DNA of 64,000 nucleotides from an uncultured Candidatus Saccharibacteria bacterium. GTDB lineage: Bacteria; Patescibacteriota; Minisyncoccia; UBA6257; WO2-44-18. The notes beneath the pieces were generated by a model that was not told the DNA's origin, ran no database searches, and was given only the letters and a program-made list of their open reading frames with translations. The position numbers were made by a program, and so were the translations under genes. The DNA lies in contig CAZWVU010000002.1 of the NCBI GenBank assembly GCA_964637575.1, forward strand, positions 82,824 to 146,823, read 5' to 3'. The first letter of the stretch is position 1, and every line of letters begins with the position of its first letter. Shown in pieces: positions 44,872 to 54,817 of this stretch.

Positions 44872-45261
44872 TTAGTCCAGGCGGTACTTACTTTTTTTAC
44901 TGACTCCGAAAATATCTTTGATGACGCGCTCCGCAAGCGGATCAAGATCGCGGCCGCACAGCTGTTCCAATTTTATCCATGCCGCACCCGGCCGGAGAAC
45001 GCCCGCGCATTTCGCCGCGGCAGCGGAATAACAGTAAAGAACCGAGTGCCGGATTTCGTACCGGCGCGGCAGAAGAAAAAAATCTTCCGGCCGCGCGTCG
45101 AGTCCGACGCAGCGTTTCAGGCACTCCCGCGCGGCTTCGCGGCCGGTCTGATTTTTTTTCATGACACACACCGGCAGAAAAATAATTTTGTTTCCGCGCG
45201 CGCGCCGCGCGATGAGCAGCACGCGGTCATTGTTCCAGAGAAATATTCCGACGCGTTCCAT
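44872..45261 (-). CDS. Degenerate NUDIX-fold protein
   Basis: The Nudix-box-like segment PVCVMKKNQTGREAARECLKRCVGL lacks the full REx2EE acid set. Confidence 0.35.
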   Translation of the reverse strand: MERVGIFLWNNDRVLLIARRARGNKIIFLPVCVMKKNQTGREAARECLKRCVGLDARPEDFFLLPRRYEIRHSVLYCYSAAAAKCAGVLRPGAAWIKLEQLCGRDLDPLAERVIKDIFGVSKKSKYRLD

Positions 45262-45359
45262 CTTCCTACTCCTTGTCAAACAACTCCTTGCAATTTCAGA
45301 ATATCAGAAAAAACTGTTGGCAATTCTGTGCTAGCCTGAAAATGTAGGAAATAGAAAAT

Positions 45360-47054
45360 ATGATAAATAAAAAAAATATCGGACTGACGCTGGGAATGGG
45401 TATGATGGTCGCGGCCGCCATTCTCACCCTCCACACGGCGCGCGCAGATGCCGCCAACCTGATCAGTAACCCGTCGGTGGAAACGGGATCATCAAGTAAT
45501 CCGCTTATGCCGCAGAGCTGGTTCAAGGGCGGTTACGGATCGAATACCCGCACCCTCACCTATCCTGTTCCGGGATACGATGGCGCCAGGGCGGTCAGGG
45601 TGGATATCAGCGGATACACCGATGGCGATGCGAAATGGTATTTCAATTATGTCCCCGTAAATCCCGGGGACAATTATTTTTTCTCGGACAATTTCCTCTC
45701 CAACACGACTTCCTATCTTACGGTCCAGTTTAAGAAAACCGACGGAACATTCCGCTATCTGAGCCTCGGATCCCTTCCGGCCGACGGAAGCTGGCAGTTC
45801 ATCCAGAAAAATTTCGTGGTTCCCTCAAACGTCACAGGCCTTACCATATTCCACGCGCTCCGCGGCGATGGGTATCTGGTAAGCGACAACTATGTTTTGA
45901 AAAAAATAATTTCCCCGGCCGCCGATCCCAATAATCTTATCAGCAATCCTTCGATGGAACTTCCCTCCTCCGCCGATCCGAATATTCCCAAAAACTGGCT
46001 GCAGGGCGGCTATGGGTCAAACACACGCATCTTCACGTATCCCGTTGCCGGCAACGACGGCTGGAGCGGCGCCAAGGTGGAAATTACCAGTCATGACGAC
46101 GGCGACGCCAAGTGGTATTTCAATCCCGTAGCCGCCAGCTCCGGCGACAGCTTCGAATATTCCGATTACTCGATCGGCAGTATTCCCAACGACGTGACCG
46201 CCCGGTTCACCCTGAAAAACGGCGCCTTCCAGTATCAATATCTCGGCACGGTACCCGCCGCCACCAGCTGGACAAAGTTCGACACCACCCTCACCGCCCC
46301 GGCCAACACCGCCGCGCTTACCGTCTTTCATAATATTGACGACGTCGGCACATTGAAAACCGATTCCTACTATCTGAAAAAACTTCCTTCCAATAAATTC
46401 GCGCAGGGAATGGTCACGCTGACCTTCGACGACGGTTACCAGAGCGTGTACGACAACGCGATTCCTATTCTCCGGAAAGCCGGGATCAAAAGCAGCCACT
46501 ATATCGTCAGCACCTACACGGATTACACGGGATTCATGAACCTGCAGGAGATCGCCGAACTCAACAAATCAGGCTATGAAATCGGCTCGCACACCCGGAC
46601 GCATCCCTACCTTACCCAGCTTTCCGACACCGACGCCTGGAATGAAATTTCCGGAGGTAAATCCGATATAACCGGATTCGGATTTACCCCGAACAGCGTC
46701 TTCGTGTATCCCTTCGGCGATTATGATGACCGGATCAAGCAGATGGTGAAGAAGGCGGGATTCATCGCGGCGCGCAGCACGATCGACGGATTCAATTTCA
46801 AGAACACCGATAAATTCGAGCTTCAGGACGAGCGGGTGCTCCGCACGACGACCGTCAGCCAGGTCCAATCCTGGATCGACCAGGCGCTGGCCGATCATTC
46901 CTGGCTGATTATTGAGCTTCATCAGACACTCGATTCCAGCAACGACCTCTACAGCAATAATGTGGCAATGATCCAGGCAATCGCCGATTATATTACCAAA
47001 ACAGGAATCAAAGTGATCAGTGTCCCCGAAGGAGTGGCGATGATGAATCCTTAA
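45360..47054 (+). CDS. Secreted polysaccharide deacetylase (CE4) with two tandem N-terminal CBM-like beta-sandwich repeats
   Basis: Signal peptide. Two repeats of about 170 aa follow (NLISNPS ... GGYGSNTR ... DGDAKWYFN). A NodB domain comes after them (TFDDGYQSVY, GSHTRTHP). Confidence 0.75.
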   Translation: MINKKNIGLTLGMGMMVAAAILTLHTARADAANLISNPSVETGSSSNPLMPQSWFKGGYGSNTRTLTYPVPGYDGARAVRVDISGYTDGDAKWYFNYVPVNPGDNYFFSDNFLSNTTSYLTVQFKKTDGTFRYLSLGSLPADGSWQFIQKNFVVPSNVTGLTIFHALRGDGYLVSDNYVLKKIISPAADPNNLISNPSMELPSSADPNIPKNWLQGGYGSNTRIFTYPVAGNDGWSGAKVEITSHDDGDAKWYFNPVAASSGDSFEYSDYSIGSIPNDVTARFTLKNGAFQYQYLGTVPAATSWTKFDTTLTAPANTAALTVFHNIDDVGTLKTDSYYLKKLPSNKFAQGMVTLTFDDGYQSVYDNAIPILRKAGIKSSHYIVSTYTDYTGFMNLQEIAELNKSGYEIGSHTRTHPYLTQLSDTDAWNEISGGKSDITGFGFTPNSVFVYPFGDYDDRIKQMVKKAGFIAARSTIDGFNFKNTDKFELQDERVLRTTTVSQVQSWIDQALADHSWLIIELHQTLDSSNDLYSNNVAMIQAIADYITKTGIKVISVPEGVAMMNP

Positions 47055-47112
47055 CCATCCGGGGTGGCTTGACAAAAATAATAAGGACTGCTACTCTTTC
47101 CCCATTACTCCT

Positions 47113-48711
47113 ATGAAGAAGACTCTTATTATAGTAGGGATGGTGGGCGTTTTGAGCGCCAATCTTTTGATTCCGGCCCTCGCCGGCGCCGCTACCTGCC
47201 AGTATTACATTGCCAGTCACTGCCCGAATTACGTCTATGATACCTACAATCCTCCGGCTTCCGGCACCTCGTCCAACGGCGGCGCCACGAACCGCCCGCC
47301 GACCTGGAATTATGTCGGCAACAAAACCGTCTTTGCCGGCCAGGTTCTGCAGTTCACGGTAACCGCGACCGACCCGGAAAACGACTGGCTTTATTATGAT
47401 ATTTTGAACACGCCCGCGGGCGCCTGGTTCGACCGCACGATGCACACGTTTTACTGGAATCCCAGCGAAGGCGATGTCGGCACGTATGGCCTGACCTTTA
47501 CCGTGAGCGACGGCAATTCGATTGTCTATAAAAATGTCACCGTCACCGTGCTCAGCAACGGCGGCCAGACGGGCGGCAACGACAACGGCGGTTCAAACGG
47601 AACCGGCGGAACTTCCGGCGCGACTCCGATCTGGAGCCAGACCGGGGACAAGAATGCCACGGTCGGACAGTATCTTCAGTTCACCGTGTCCGCCTATGAT
47701 CCGAACAGCAATTCCGGCGGCATCACGTACACCGCGCTGAATCTTCCGTCCGGAGCTTCCTTCGATTCGAACAGCCATTTCTTCTCCTGGAATCCGCAGA
47801 ATTATCAGGTCGGCACGTACGTGGTTACCTTCCGCGCGCATAACGCCTATGGTAATTCCGATCTGAACGTGACCATCCATGTTTCCGCCGCGTCGGGCAA
47901 CACTTCCAACAATAACCCGCCGCAGTTCTTCAGCTTCAATCCGGTCACGGGTGCCACGGTCAACCAGCTTTACAGCTATATCGTCCACGCGAACGATCCG
48001 GATGGCGACGCGCTCACCTACTACCTGATCGTCGCGCCGAGCGGAATGTCCATCAACTCCACGACGGGCTTCATTGCCTTCGTTCCCACGGCAGGCCAGG
48101 TCGGCACCCAGCCGGTCAAAGTGGGTGTTTCCGACGGTACCCATCAGGCGACCGCCGACTACACGCTGACCGTCTATAATGCCGGCACTTCCGTCCCTGT
48201 TCCCACTCCGGGTACCACGGGCGGCAACGGCGGCGGCACCGGCGCGACTGTTCCAGTTGAACCGAAGCTGGTAATTTCCGACATCAAGATTGAAAACAAG
48301 GACGGTGACATCGTGGTCAGCTGGAAAACGAATATTCCGGCGGGCTCCCGCATCATCTACGACACCGCCTCCGAAGCGGACCGGACCCGCAACTTCAGCT
48401 ATGCGAATGCCACGTCGGAAAATCAGGAACGTTTCACGAGCCATTCCGTGAATCTCGGCAAGCTCGATACGAACACCGTGTATTATTTCCGCGTCGTCTC
48501 CAAAACCGACCAGCAGACCGCCGTCGGCCAGGAAGTCGGCTTTATCCAGCTCGAAAACGGCCAGGTAAAAAGTCTGTTCGGCGCGTCCCTGATTGAAGCG
48601 CTCGGCAATCTTTTCGGAAACCGCGGGTTCCTCTGGCTACTCATCGCCGGCCTTGGCACCACGACCGCGATCTTCTTCCGCAAGCACCGCAAGTCCTCGC
48701 TGACCGTCTAA
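47113..48711 (+). CDS. Surface protein with tandem Ig-like (He_PIG/cadherin-like) domains, Fn3-like domain and C-terminal TM anchor
   Basis: Signal peptide, then about four repeats of the type FTV(S/T)A.DP ... GTY ... T(F/V) and an Fn3-like segment (WKTNIPAGSRIIYDT ... YYFRVVS). The C-terminal TM is followed by RKHRK. Confidence 0.6.
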   Translation: MKKTLIIVGMVGVLSANLLIPALAGAATCQYYIASHCPNYVYDTYNPPASGTSSNGGATNRPPTWNYVGNKTVFAGQVLQFTVTATDPENDWLYYDILNTPAGAWFDRTMHTFYWNPSEGDVGTYGLTFTVSDGNSIVYKNVTVTVLSNGGQTGGNDNGGSNGTGGTSGATPIWSQTGDKNATVGQYLQFTVSAYDPNSNSGGITYTALNLPSGASFDSNSHFFSWNPQNYQVGTYVVTFRAHNAYGNSDLNVTIHVSAASGNTSNNNPPQFFSFNPVTGATVNQLYSYIVHANDPDGDALTYYLIVAPSGMSINSTTGFIAFVPTAGQVGTQPVKVGVSDGTHQATADYTLTVYNAGTSVPVPTPGTTGGNGGGTGATVPVEPKLVISDIKIENKDGDIVVSWKTNIPAGSRIIYDTASEADRTRNFSYANATSENQERFTSHSVNLGKLDTNTVYYFRVVSKTDQQTAVGQEVGFIQLENGQVKSLFGASLIEALGNLFGNRGFLWLLIAGLGTTTAIFFRKHRKSSLTV

Positions 48712-48714
48712 CCA

Positions 48715-48747
48715 AAAAATCCCGCCTTTGACAGGCGGGATTTTTTG
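48715..48747 (+). terminator. Intrinsic terminator
   Basis: AAAAAATCCCGCC-TTTGACA-GGCGGGATTTTTT. Confidence 0.7.
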
Positions 48748-48819
48748 TCCTACACTATCTCCGCACTTTGAAAGGAGAGAGCATATCGAGTTTCCCCGAA
48801 ACCGGGGAAGGAGGTCCGG

Positions 48820-49110
48820 ATGCTGATGGTTGATGTGGGTATCGTCGCAGCGGTCTTTTTCGTGCTGTATCTTCTGATCGCCGCGCCGATGCGCCGGCGC
48901 GCGAAGCAACAATCCGCGCCCGAGCCGGAAACTGCCGGTTCACTCCGCCAGAAAATCGCGGAGCTGGAGCGGAAACGGGCGGAACGCGTCCGTTTGGCGA
49001 GAGAAGTGGAAGTAAGTCGGGAACTGGCCGACGTCGACGCGGAGCTGGAAGAGCTGCGCAAACAGTTGGCCGAAGCGGAAACCCGCGAGAACGCCGCAGG
49101 TAGCCGATAA
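48820..49110 (+). CDS. Small membrane protein with coiled-coil tail
   Basis: GGAGG ribosome-binding site, one TM and a charged helical C-terminus. Confidence 0.4.
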   Translation: MLMVDVGIVAAVFFVLYLLIAAPMRRRAKQQSAPEPETAGSLRQKIAELERKRAERVRLAREVEVSRELADVDAELEELRKQLAEAETRENAAGSR

Positions 49111-49152
49111 TGGCAGGAAAAGCGTTCGAATCGGAATCGAAAGAGGTGGTTC

Positions 49153-50469
49153 ATGGAAGGCTTCAAGATCCGTCCCTGGATGGTGGCAAGTCTCCTGCTG
49201 GTCATCATGGCCGTAGTGATCGTCACGGGCGGTCTCGCGACCGTTCATGCCGGCACGTACCAGATCAAGCAGGCCGCGGTCAGCGGCACCATGTCGGCGC
49301 ACATGCAGCCCGGCATGTATATGAAAATGTTCGGCACGATCACAGAGTGGCCGCTCGCCGAAACGTTCTACTTCACTGCCGACAACAAAGAAGGCGGTCC
49401 AGGAGATGACAGCATCGAAGTGGTCTTCAATGACGGCTCCAACTGCAAGATCTCCGGCACCTGCCGGATCGTTATGCCGGCGACCGAATCGGACGCGCTC
49501 AATCTGGTGATGAGGCACGGTTTCCAGAGCCACGAAGAACTGCAGCACAAGCTCGTGCTGCCGGTGATCCGCAACGCGCTCAACCGCACGGCCAACCTGA
49601 TGTCAGCCCGCGAATCCTATTCGGATCGCCGGCCCGACTTCGTGAACTGGGCCTGGGATCAGATCCGGGACGGGCTCTACGAAATCGACGAGGAAACCCA
49701 TAAAGAGAAGGATCTGATCTCCGGTGAAATGATCACCAAGATCGTGAAGGTCATCCGGAAAGACGATCATGGCACCGCGATCCGCCAGGCAAACCCGCTC
49801 AAGGGTATGGGCGTGACGCTCGCGAACTTCGAAATCAAGAAGTTCGTCTATTCGGAAAAGGTAACCGAACAGATCGCCAGCCAGCAGGCGGCGCTCATGG
49901 CCGTCGCCACCGCCCGCGCCAATGCGCAGAAGGCGGAGCAGGACGCGCTTACCCAGGAAGCCCAGGGTAAGGCGAAGGTGATGGAAGCCAAGTATGAGGA
50001 AGAGCAGAAGAAGGTCCGCGCCATGGTCGTCGCCACCCAGGAAAAGGAAGTGGCCGAAACGGCGGCTTCCAAGGAAGTGGCAGTCGCCAAACAGCAGAAG
50101 CTGGTCGCCGAGACCAATGCCTCGAAGGAAGTCGAGGTGGCCAAACTCCAACAGCAGGCCGCCGAGTTCAACAAGCAGAAGAACATTCTGGAAGGCGAAG
50201 GCGAGGCCAAGCGGAAACAGCTGGTGCTGGAAGCCGACGGCGCGCTCGCCCAAAAACTGCAGGCCTATATCGAGGTCAACAGAATGTATGCCGATGCCAT
50301 GGCACGGTACCAGGGACAGTGGGTGCCGAGCGTGGTGATGGGTAAGGGACCGGATGGCGCCCAGTCCAACAACGGCGCCCAGGCGTTGATTGACATGCTC
50401 ACCGTCAAGACGGCCAAGGATCTGGCGCTCGATCTTGAGGTCAAGACCAAGAACGCGCAGAAGAAGTAA
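49153..50469 (+). CDS. SPFH/band-7 (flotillin/YqiK-like) membrane protein with long Ala/Glu/Lys/Gln coiled coil
   Basis: N-terminal TM, a central SPFH-like region and about 200 aa of AEKQ-rich heptad repeats. Confidence 0.45.
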   Translation: MEGFKIRPWMVASLLLVIMAVVIVTGGLATVHAGTYQIKQAAVSGTMSAHMQPGMYMKMFGTITEWPLAETFYFTADNKEGGPGDDSIEVVFNDGSNCKISGTCRIVMPATESDALNLVMRHGFQSHEELQHKLVLPVIRNALNRTANLMSARESYSDRRPDFVNWAWDQIRDGLYEIDEETHKEKDLISGEMITKIVKVIRKDDHGTAIRQANPLKGMGVTLANFEIKKFVYSEKVTEQIASQQAALMAVATARANAQKAEQDALTQEAQGKAKVMEAKYEEEQKKVRAMVVATQEKEVAETAASKEVAVAKQQKLVAETNASKEVEVAKLQQQAAEFNKQKNILEGEGEAKRKQLVLEADGALAQKLQAYIEVNRMYADAMARYQGQWVPSVVMGKGPDGAQSNNGAQALIDMLTVKTAKDLALDLEVKTKNAQKK

Positions 50470-50474
50470 TAAAA

Positions 50475-50505
50475 CAGCCCCGACACAATGTGTCGGGGCA
50501 TTTTT
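50475..50505. terminator. Bidirectional intrinsic terminator
   Basis: GCCCCGACACA-A-TGTGTCGGGGC followed by ATTTTTT. Confidence 0.65.
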
Positions 50506-50521
50506 TAACAGTTGGCAGCTT

Positions 50522-51214
50522 TTAATAGAACGTTTCGTTGCGGCGCGTGAGCCGGTAGCCGTACAGATCGTGATGCTGGTACTCGTACACCGAGCAGTTT
50601 TTCGGATGGTCGTGCTCGTGCATCTTGTCCACCTCCTCTTCTGTGAGCCGCTCCAGCCAATAGCGGAGAAGGAGAATGGTATTTCCGTGCGTGACGATCA
50701 GCATCGGATCCCCGGCCAGCGAAGGCGTATCCAGGAACAGGCGCACGCGCAAGGCAACCTGCGCGAAGCTCTCCACGCTCGCCATCTGCAGATGAAAAAA
50801 GCCATGCTTCAATCCCAGCGAACGGTACCGCTGGTAAGCCTCATGAACTTTTTCGGGATCGCCGATGCCGGCATCCAGCTCGCCGGGGTTCTGCTCCACC
50901 AGCAGCGAATTGTAGCGGATGGACTTGCTCATCCATTCCGATCCGAATTGCTCAACCACCAATTGCGCGGTCTGCCGGGCACGGATCAGGCTGCTGGAAT
51001 AGATTCCCCTGAATTGGCCGTAAAGCTCTTTGAGCTTCCGTCCGGTGGCGACCGCCTGCTGTTTCCCCTCTTCGCTCAACTCGGTGCAGTAGTTCGGCAC
51101 CCGGAGTTTTTCCGGCACTTCCATTTGCCGCAAGCGGACGGCTCTCGCGACCTTATTCCATTCTGTTTCGCCGTGCCGGAGAATCACCAGCGTCTTCGGC
51201 GTATGATGCAACAT
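50522..51214 (-). CDS. Histidine phosphatase family protein (phosphoglycerate-mutase-like)
   Basis: The RHGETEWN catalytic His motif at the N-terminus and a second His region (THGNT). Confidence 0.85.
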   Translation of the reverse strand: MLHHTPKTLVILRHGETEWNKVARAVRLRQMEVPEKLRVPNYCTELSEEGKQQAVATGRKLKELYGQFRGIYSSSLIRARQTAQLVVEQFGSEWMSKSIRYNSLLVEQNPGELDAGIGDPEKVHEAYQRYRSLGLKHGFFHLQMASVESFAQVALRVRLFLDTPSLAGDPMLIVTHGNTILLLRYWLERLTEEEVDKMHEHDHPKNCSVYEYQHHDLYGYRLTRRNETFY

Positions 51215-51250
51215 GTATGCTCCTTATAAAGTTCTGCCGGCATTGTGCCA

Positions 51251-51280
51251 TAAAAAAAGCCCCGACACAACGTCGGGGCT
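51251..51280 (-). terminator. Intrinsic terminator for the ligase gene
   Basis: AGCCCCGAC-ACAAC-GTCGGGGCT followed by a T-run on the minus strand. It shares the GCCCCGACAC stem with the terminator at 50475. Confidence 0.6.
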
Positions 51281-52262
51281 AGTCAATCGGATACTTGCGC
51301 GGCGCCCGGCAGTCGCGGATGTTCTTGTCATGCCGGAATCGCACGAACCGCGCGCCCTGAAGCTTACCGCTGTCAAAACGATAATCGTATTCGAGCTGGA
51401 TCACCAACGGATATCTCGCTTTGCGGAGCCATTCGCGCGTTTTGTTATCAAACGCGCCGAACTTGCCGCAGTCAAACTCGTTCCGATCCAACGTGCCGTT
51501 GAACTGCGAGAGTGTGACTTCTTTCACCCGGTCTTTGTTGCTCGGATCCATGATCGGATGCCGCACGATGAAATCGTCTTCGTGGACGGGCTTCCATTTG
51601 TAACAGCCACGGATCCTTTGCGGACTTTTCCCATCCAGGCGGAACGCCGACAGAAACTCGGCGTCGTAGAGCACAAGGCCTTCCCAGCCCTTTTGTTTCA
51701 CCAGGCGTTTGGCCAGCGTGAAGTTGTTGTGCACAACCTCAACAGGCTCAACATAATCACGGCAATATACTTCCAATCCGCACCCGAACGCTGTTCGAAG
51801 CGTGGCGTGCCGGGAAGCATATCTCCATTCGCCGATGACCTGTTTGCCGCCCCAAAAGACAATATCAAACAGCCGGTAATGCACCATGCCGATTCTTTTC
51901 TGCTTCTCCAATGCCTGATCATCCTTTGAGCAGAAAATGCTCTGGATGCGCTCGAGTTTGTCGCCGGATAACGCATCGGGCACTACCGCTTCGCCGGCAA
52001 GCACCGTGTCGTCCGGCACATTCCGGGAAGCCAGGTCGCGGGCAATATGGCCGAGGAATGTAACATTCCGGATGCCATCGGTATACAGCTTCCATCCACC
52101 CATTGCCTTGACCGCAAACAACTTCCAGCCATTCCGTTTGCGCGTAATGACCAGCCGGCTGTCTTTTTCAAGCCGGAAGATTTCTTCCTCGGTGTAATTT
52201 TCCTGGCTTACCGGCTTGGCAAGGATGAATCCCTTCGGCAGCGGATCAAACGAGAACCGCAC
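51279..52262 (-). CDS. Minimal ATP-dependent DNA ligase-family nucleotidyltransferase (LigC/phage-like) with K-x-N-G variant of motif I
   Basis: TRKRNGWKL (Lys adenylation site), EGLVLYD (motif IV) and CYKWKP (motif V, KxK) are present. 327 aa with no extra domains. Confidence 0.6.
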   Translation of the reverse strand: MRFSFDPLPKGFILAKPVSQENYTEEEIFRLEKDSRLVITRKRNGWKLFAVKAMGGWKLYTDGIRNVTFLGHIARDLASRNVPDDTVLAGEAVVPDALSGDKLERIQSIFCSKDDQALEKQKRIGMVHYRLFDIVFWGGKQVIGEWRYASRHATLRTAFGCGLEVYCRDYVEPVEVVHNNFTLAKRLVKQKGWEGLVLYDAEFLSAFRLDGKSPQRIRGCYKWKPVHEDDFIVRHPIMDPSNKDRVKEVTLSQFNGTLDRNEFDCGKFGAFDNKTREWLRKARYPLVIQLEYDYRFDSGKLQGARFVRFRHDKNIRDCRAPRKYPID

Positions 52263-52322
52263 GCAACACCTCCTGTCAAAGAACGGCTATATCCTATCAG
52301 TTTTTGTGTTAAAATCAAGCCA

Positions 52323-53021
52323 ATGTCCAAAGTGTACGTGGTGACGCCCACTTACAATGAACGCGGCAATCTTCCAATTTTAGTGGAAAAAATTTTCGCG
52401 CTGAAAATTCCGGAATTGCGTATGGTGATCGTGGACGACAACTCCCCCGACGGCACAGGTGCGCTCGCCGAAGAACTGGCGCGCGCGCATCCAATCTCCG
52501 TTCTCCACCGCGCCGGTAAACAGGGCCTCGGCACTGCGTATGTCGCCGGTTTCAAGCACACTCTCGCTGAAAAACCCGATTTCATAATCCAGATGGACGC
52601 CGATCTTTCTCATGATCCGACGACAATCCCGGTGATGCTCGAAAAAATGCAAGAGAGCGATCTCGTCCTCGGCTCCCGATATATTCCCGGCGGGCGCACG
52701 GAGAACTGGGATTTCTTCCGGAAAATGGTCAGCCGCTTCGGGAATTTCTACGCCCGGACGATTCTCGGACTTCCTTACCGCGATCTCACCGGAGGCTTCA
52801 AATGTTTCCGCCGCGAAGTGCTGGAAAAAATAAATTTAGACTCGCTAAGTTCGGTCGGTTACAACTTTCAGATCGAGACCACCTACCGTGCCCATCAAAG
52901 TGGTTTTACAATCGCCGAAGTGCCGATCGTCTTCCGTGAACGGAAAACCGGCCAATCCAAATTCAACCTGAAGATCATGCTGGAAAGTTTCTGGAGAGTG
53001 CTTCTGCTCCGTTTCAAATGA
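52323..53021 (+). CDS. Polyprenol-phosphate mannose/glucose synthase (Dpm1-like GT2)
   Basis: VVTPTYNERGNL ... VDDNSPDGT ... DADLSHDP is the classic Dpm1/GtrB signature. The start is assigned to the ATG at 52323. Confidence 0.9.
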   Translation: MSKVYVVTPTYNERGNLPILVEKIFALKIPELRMVIVDDNSPDGTGALAEELARAHPISVLHRAGKQGLGTAYVAGFKHTLAEKPDFIIQMDADLSHDPTTIPVMLEKMQESDLVLGSRYIPGGRTENWDFFRKMVSRFGNFYARTILGLPYRDLTGGFKCFRREVLEKINLDSLSSVGYNFQIETTYRAHQSGFTIAEVPIVFRERKTGQSKFNLKIMLESFWRVLLLRFK

Positions 53022-54724
53022 AATCATCCTCCAAATATCTTCTCGCGATCCTGGCGGCCGCCGCCATTCTCCGCGTGATCAACCTCGGCTCCGGCGATCT
53101 GGTCGGCAATGACGAGGTACTCTACGCCTTCCGCTCCGTGGGAATAACGGACTTCGTGAATTCCCCCGCCCAGACCACGCCACCCGTCTGGTTTGACGGC
53201 CACGTTCCCGGCTGGGCCGGCCTCTCCATGCACGACCATCCCCTCCTCGTATTTATCGTCCAGCATATTTTCATGGGGATCTTCGGCGAAAACAACTTCG
53301 GCTTCCGCTTCCCCTCCGCCGTCTTCGGCGTGCTGTCGGTATATCTCGTCTACCTCATTTCAAAAAAGTTATTTTCGGAACGCGCCGGCCTGATCAGCGC
53401 CGCGTTGATGGCGCTCACGGTCAATAACGTCTACATTTCCCGCCTGGGCCTGCAGGAATCGTATCTGATCTTTTTTATCCTGCTGACGTCCTGGCTGTTT
53501 CTGAACGCGCTGGAACGCCCGAAGTATTTCCTCTGGACCGGCGCTGCATTCGGGTTTACGTTGCTTACAAAATATAACGGCGCCGTCGTCGCGCCTGTCA
53601 TACTCACCTATCTCCTGCTCTTCCGACGCGATGTATTCAGACAAAAATATTTCTGGCTCGGCGGCCTGCTCGCCGCGTGTATTGCCAGCCCGATTCTGAT
53701 CTACAACATCGGCATGTACCGCGCGACCGGACATTTTGATTTCCAGATATCCTATCTTCTCGGCCAGCATCCTGCTATCTGGCAATCCGCGCCGGGCAAA
53801 GAAGTAGTCGGTTCATTCGGCGACCGCCTCCGCGCGTTCATTCCGAATCTGATCGCGTCCAATTCTCCCCTGCTCATGCTGCTCTTCGCGCTGACCATTC
53901 CGTTTTTCATCCGGGAGATCGCCAGGAACCGCGCGGCGCTCCGGCGAAAGGCATTTCTGGATATTTCCTTCGTCTGGATCATTCTCTTACTGCTCTTCAT
54001 CGGCCCAACTTTCCGGTTCCTTACCCTGCTCACGCCATTCATCGTGATGAAGGTCGGCCTGTTTTTGGATGACGCCTTTCCCAAACGCCGGCATCTTCTG
54101 GCGGCATTCCTCGCAGCTTTCCTGATCTTTGAATGTCTGTACTCCCTGAACAGCGTCGTCACGAATTACCCGGCCGGACCGGAGGGTTGGGCTTTCTCCC
54201 ATCTGCGCTATGAAAACTTTCACTGGGGCTACAACGAACTGGAGGACTACTTTTCCAAAGAGTTGGCGGGAAAATATCCATTGCTGACATTCGATCTTCA
54301 ATATCAGTTTCTGGAAAAACAGAAAGAGGCCGGCGTCGCCGCCGCGAAAGCTGCCGGAGCCACGCCCTATCCCGCGCTGCTGGTATATGACGAAAACATC
54401 CACAGCGGCCCCCAGCTTTGGACGTTTGACCGCCGCCAGATTTATCATGGCTGGCCGGTAATGACCGCGGGAGATTATCTGAAGCTGATATCCGAAAAGG
54501 GACCGCGCGCGCTCGAAAATTCCGGCATACAAGTAATCTACTTTGCCTTTCCCACGGACGCAGTCGCCCTGAAAGCCACCGGCCAGCTTACCAGTCATGG
54601 CAAGACGCTGGAACCTCTCGTCGCCTCTCAAAAGGACGCGTTTTTCATTCCCGTCAAAAACGGATTAGGGCAGGACGCCTTTCATATATATAGGCTGAGC
54701 TTCATCCGGCTTGTGGATAATTAG
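53018..54724 (+). CDS. GT-C fold glycosyltransferase, PMT/ArnT family (polyprenol-phosphate-sugar dependent)
   Basis: About 12 TM helices with a first loop carrying GNDEVLYAF, the DE motif. It overlaps the Dpm1-like gene by 4 nt. Confidence 0.75.
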   Translation: MKSSSKYLLAILAAAAILRVINLGSGDLVGNDEVLYAFRSVGITDFVNSPAQTTPPVWFDGHVPGWAGLSMHDHPLLVFIVQHIFMGIFGENNFGFRFPSAVFGVLSVYLVYLISKKLFSERAGLISAALMALTVNNVYISRLGLQESYLIFFILLTSWLFLNALERPKYFLWTGAAFGFTLLTKYNGAVVAPVILTYLLLFRRDVFRQKYFWLGGLLAACIASPILIYNIGMYRATGHFDFQISYLLGQHPAIWQSAPGKEVVGSFGDRLRAFIPNLIASNSPLLMLLFALTIPFFIREIARNRAALRRKAFLDISFVWIILLLLFIGPTFRFLTLLTPFIVMKVGLFLDDAFPKRRHLLAAFLAAFLIFECLYSLNSVVTNYPAGPEGWAFSHLRYENFHWGYNELEDYFSKELAGKYPLLTFDLQYQFLEKQKEAGVAAAKAAGATPYPALLVYDENIHSGPQLWTFDRRQIYHGWPVMTAGDYLKLISEKGPRALENSGIQVIYFAFPTDAVALKATGQLTSHGKTLEPLVASQKDAFFIPVKNGLGQDAFHIYRLSFIRLVDN

Positions 54725-54817
54725 GAGCGCCACTCCCGCCAAAATGCTATAATGAACCTTGTTATCTTTTATCCGCTATCTGGCGGAGAGAAAGGTCGAA
54801 AATAGTCGAATATACAC

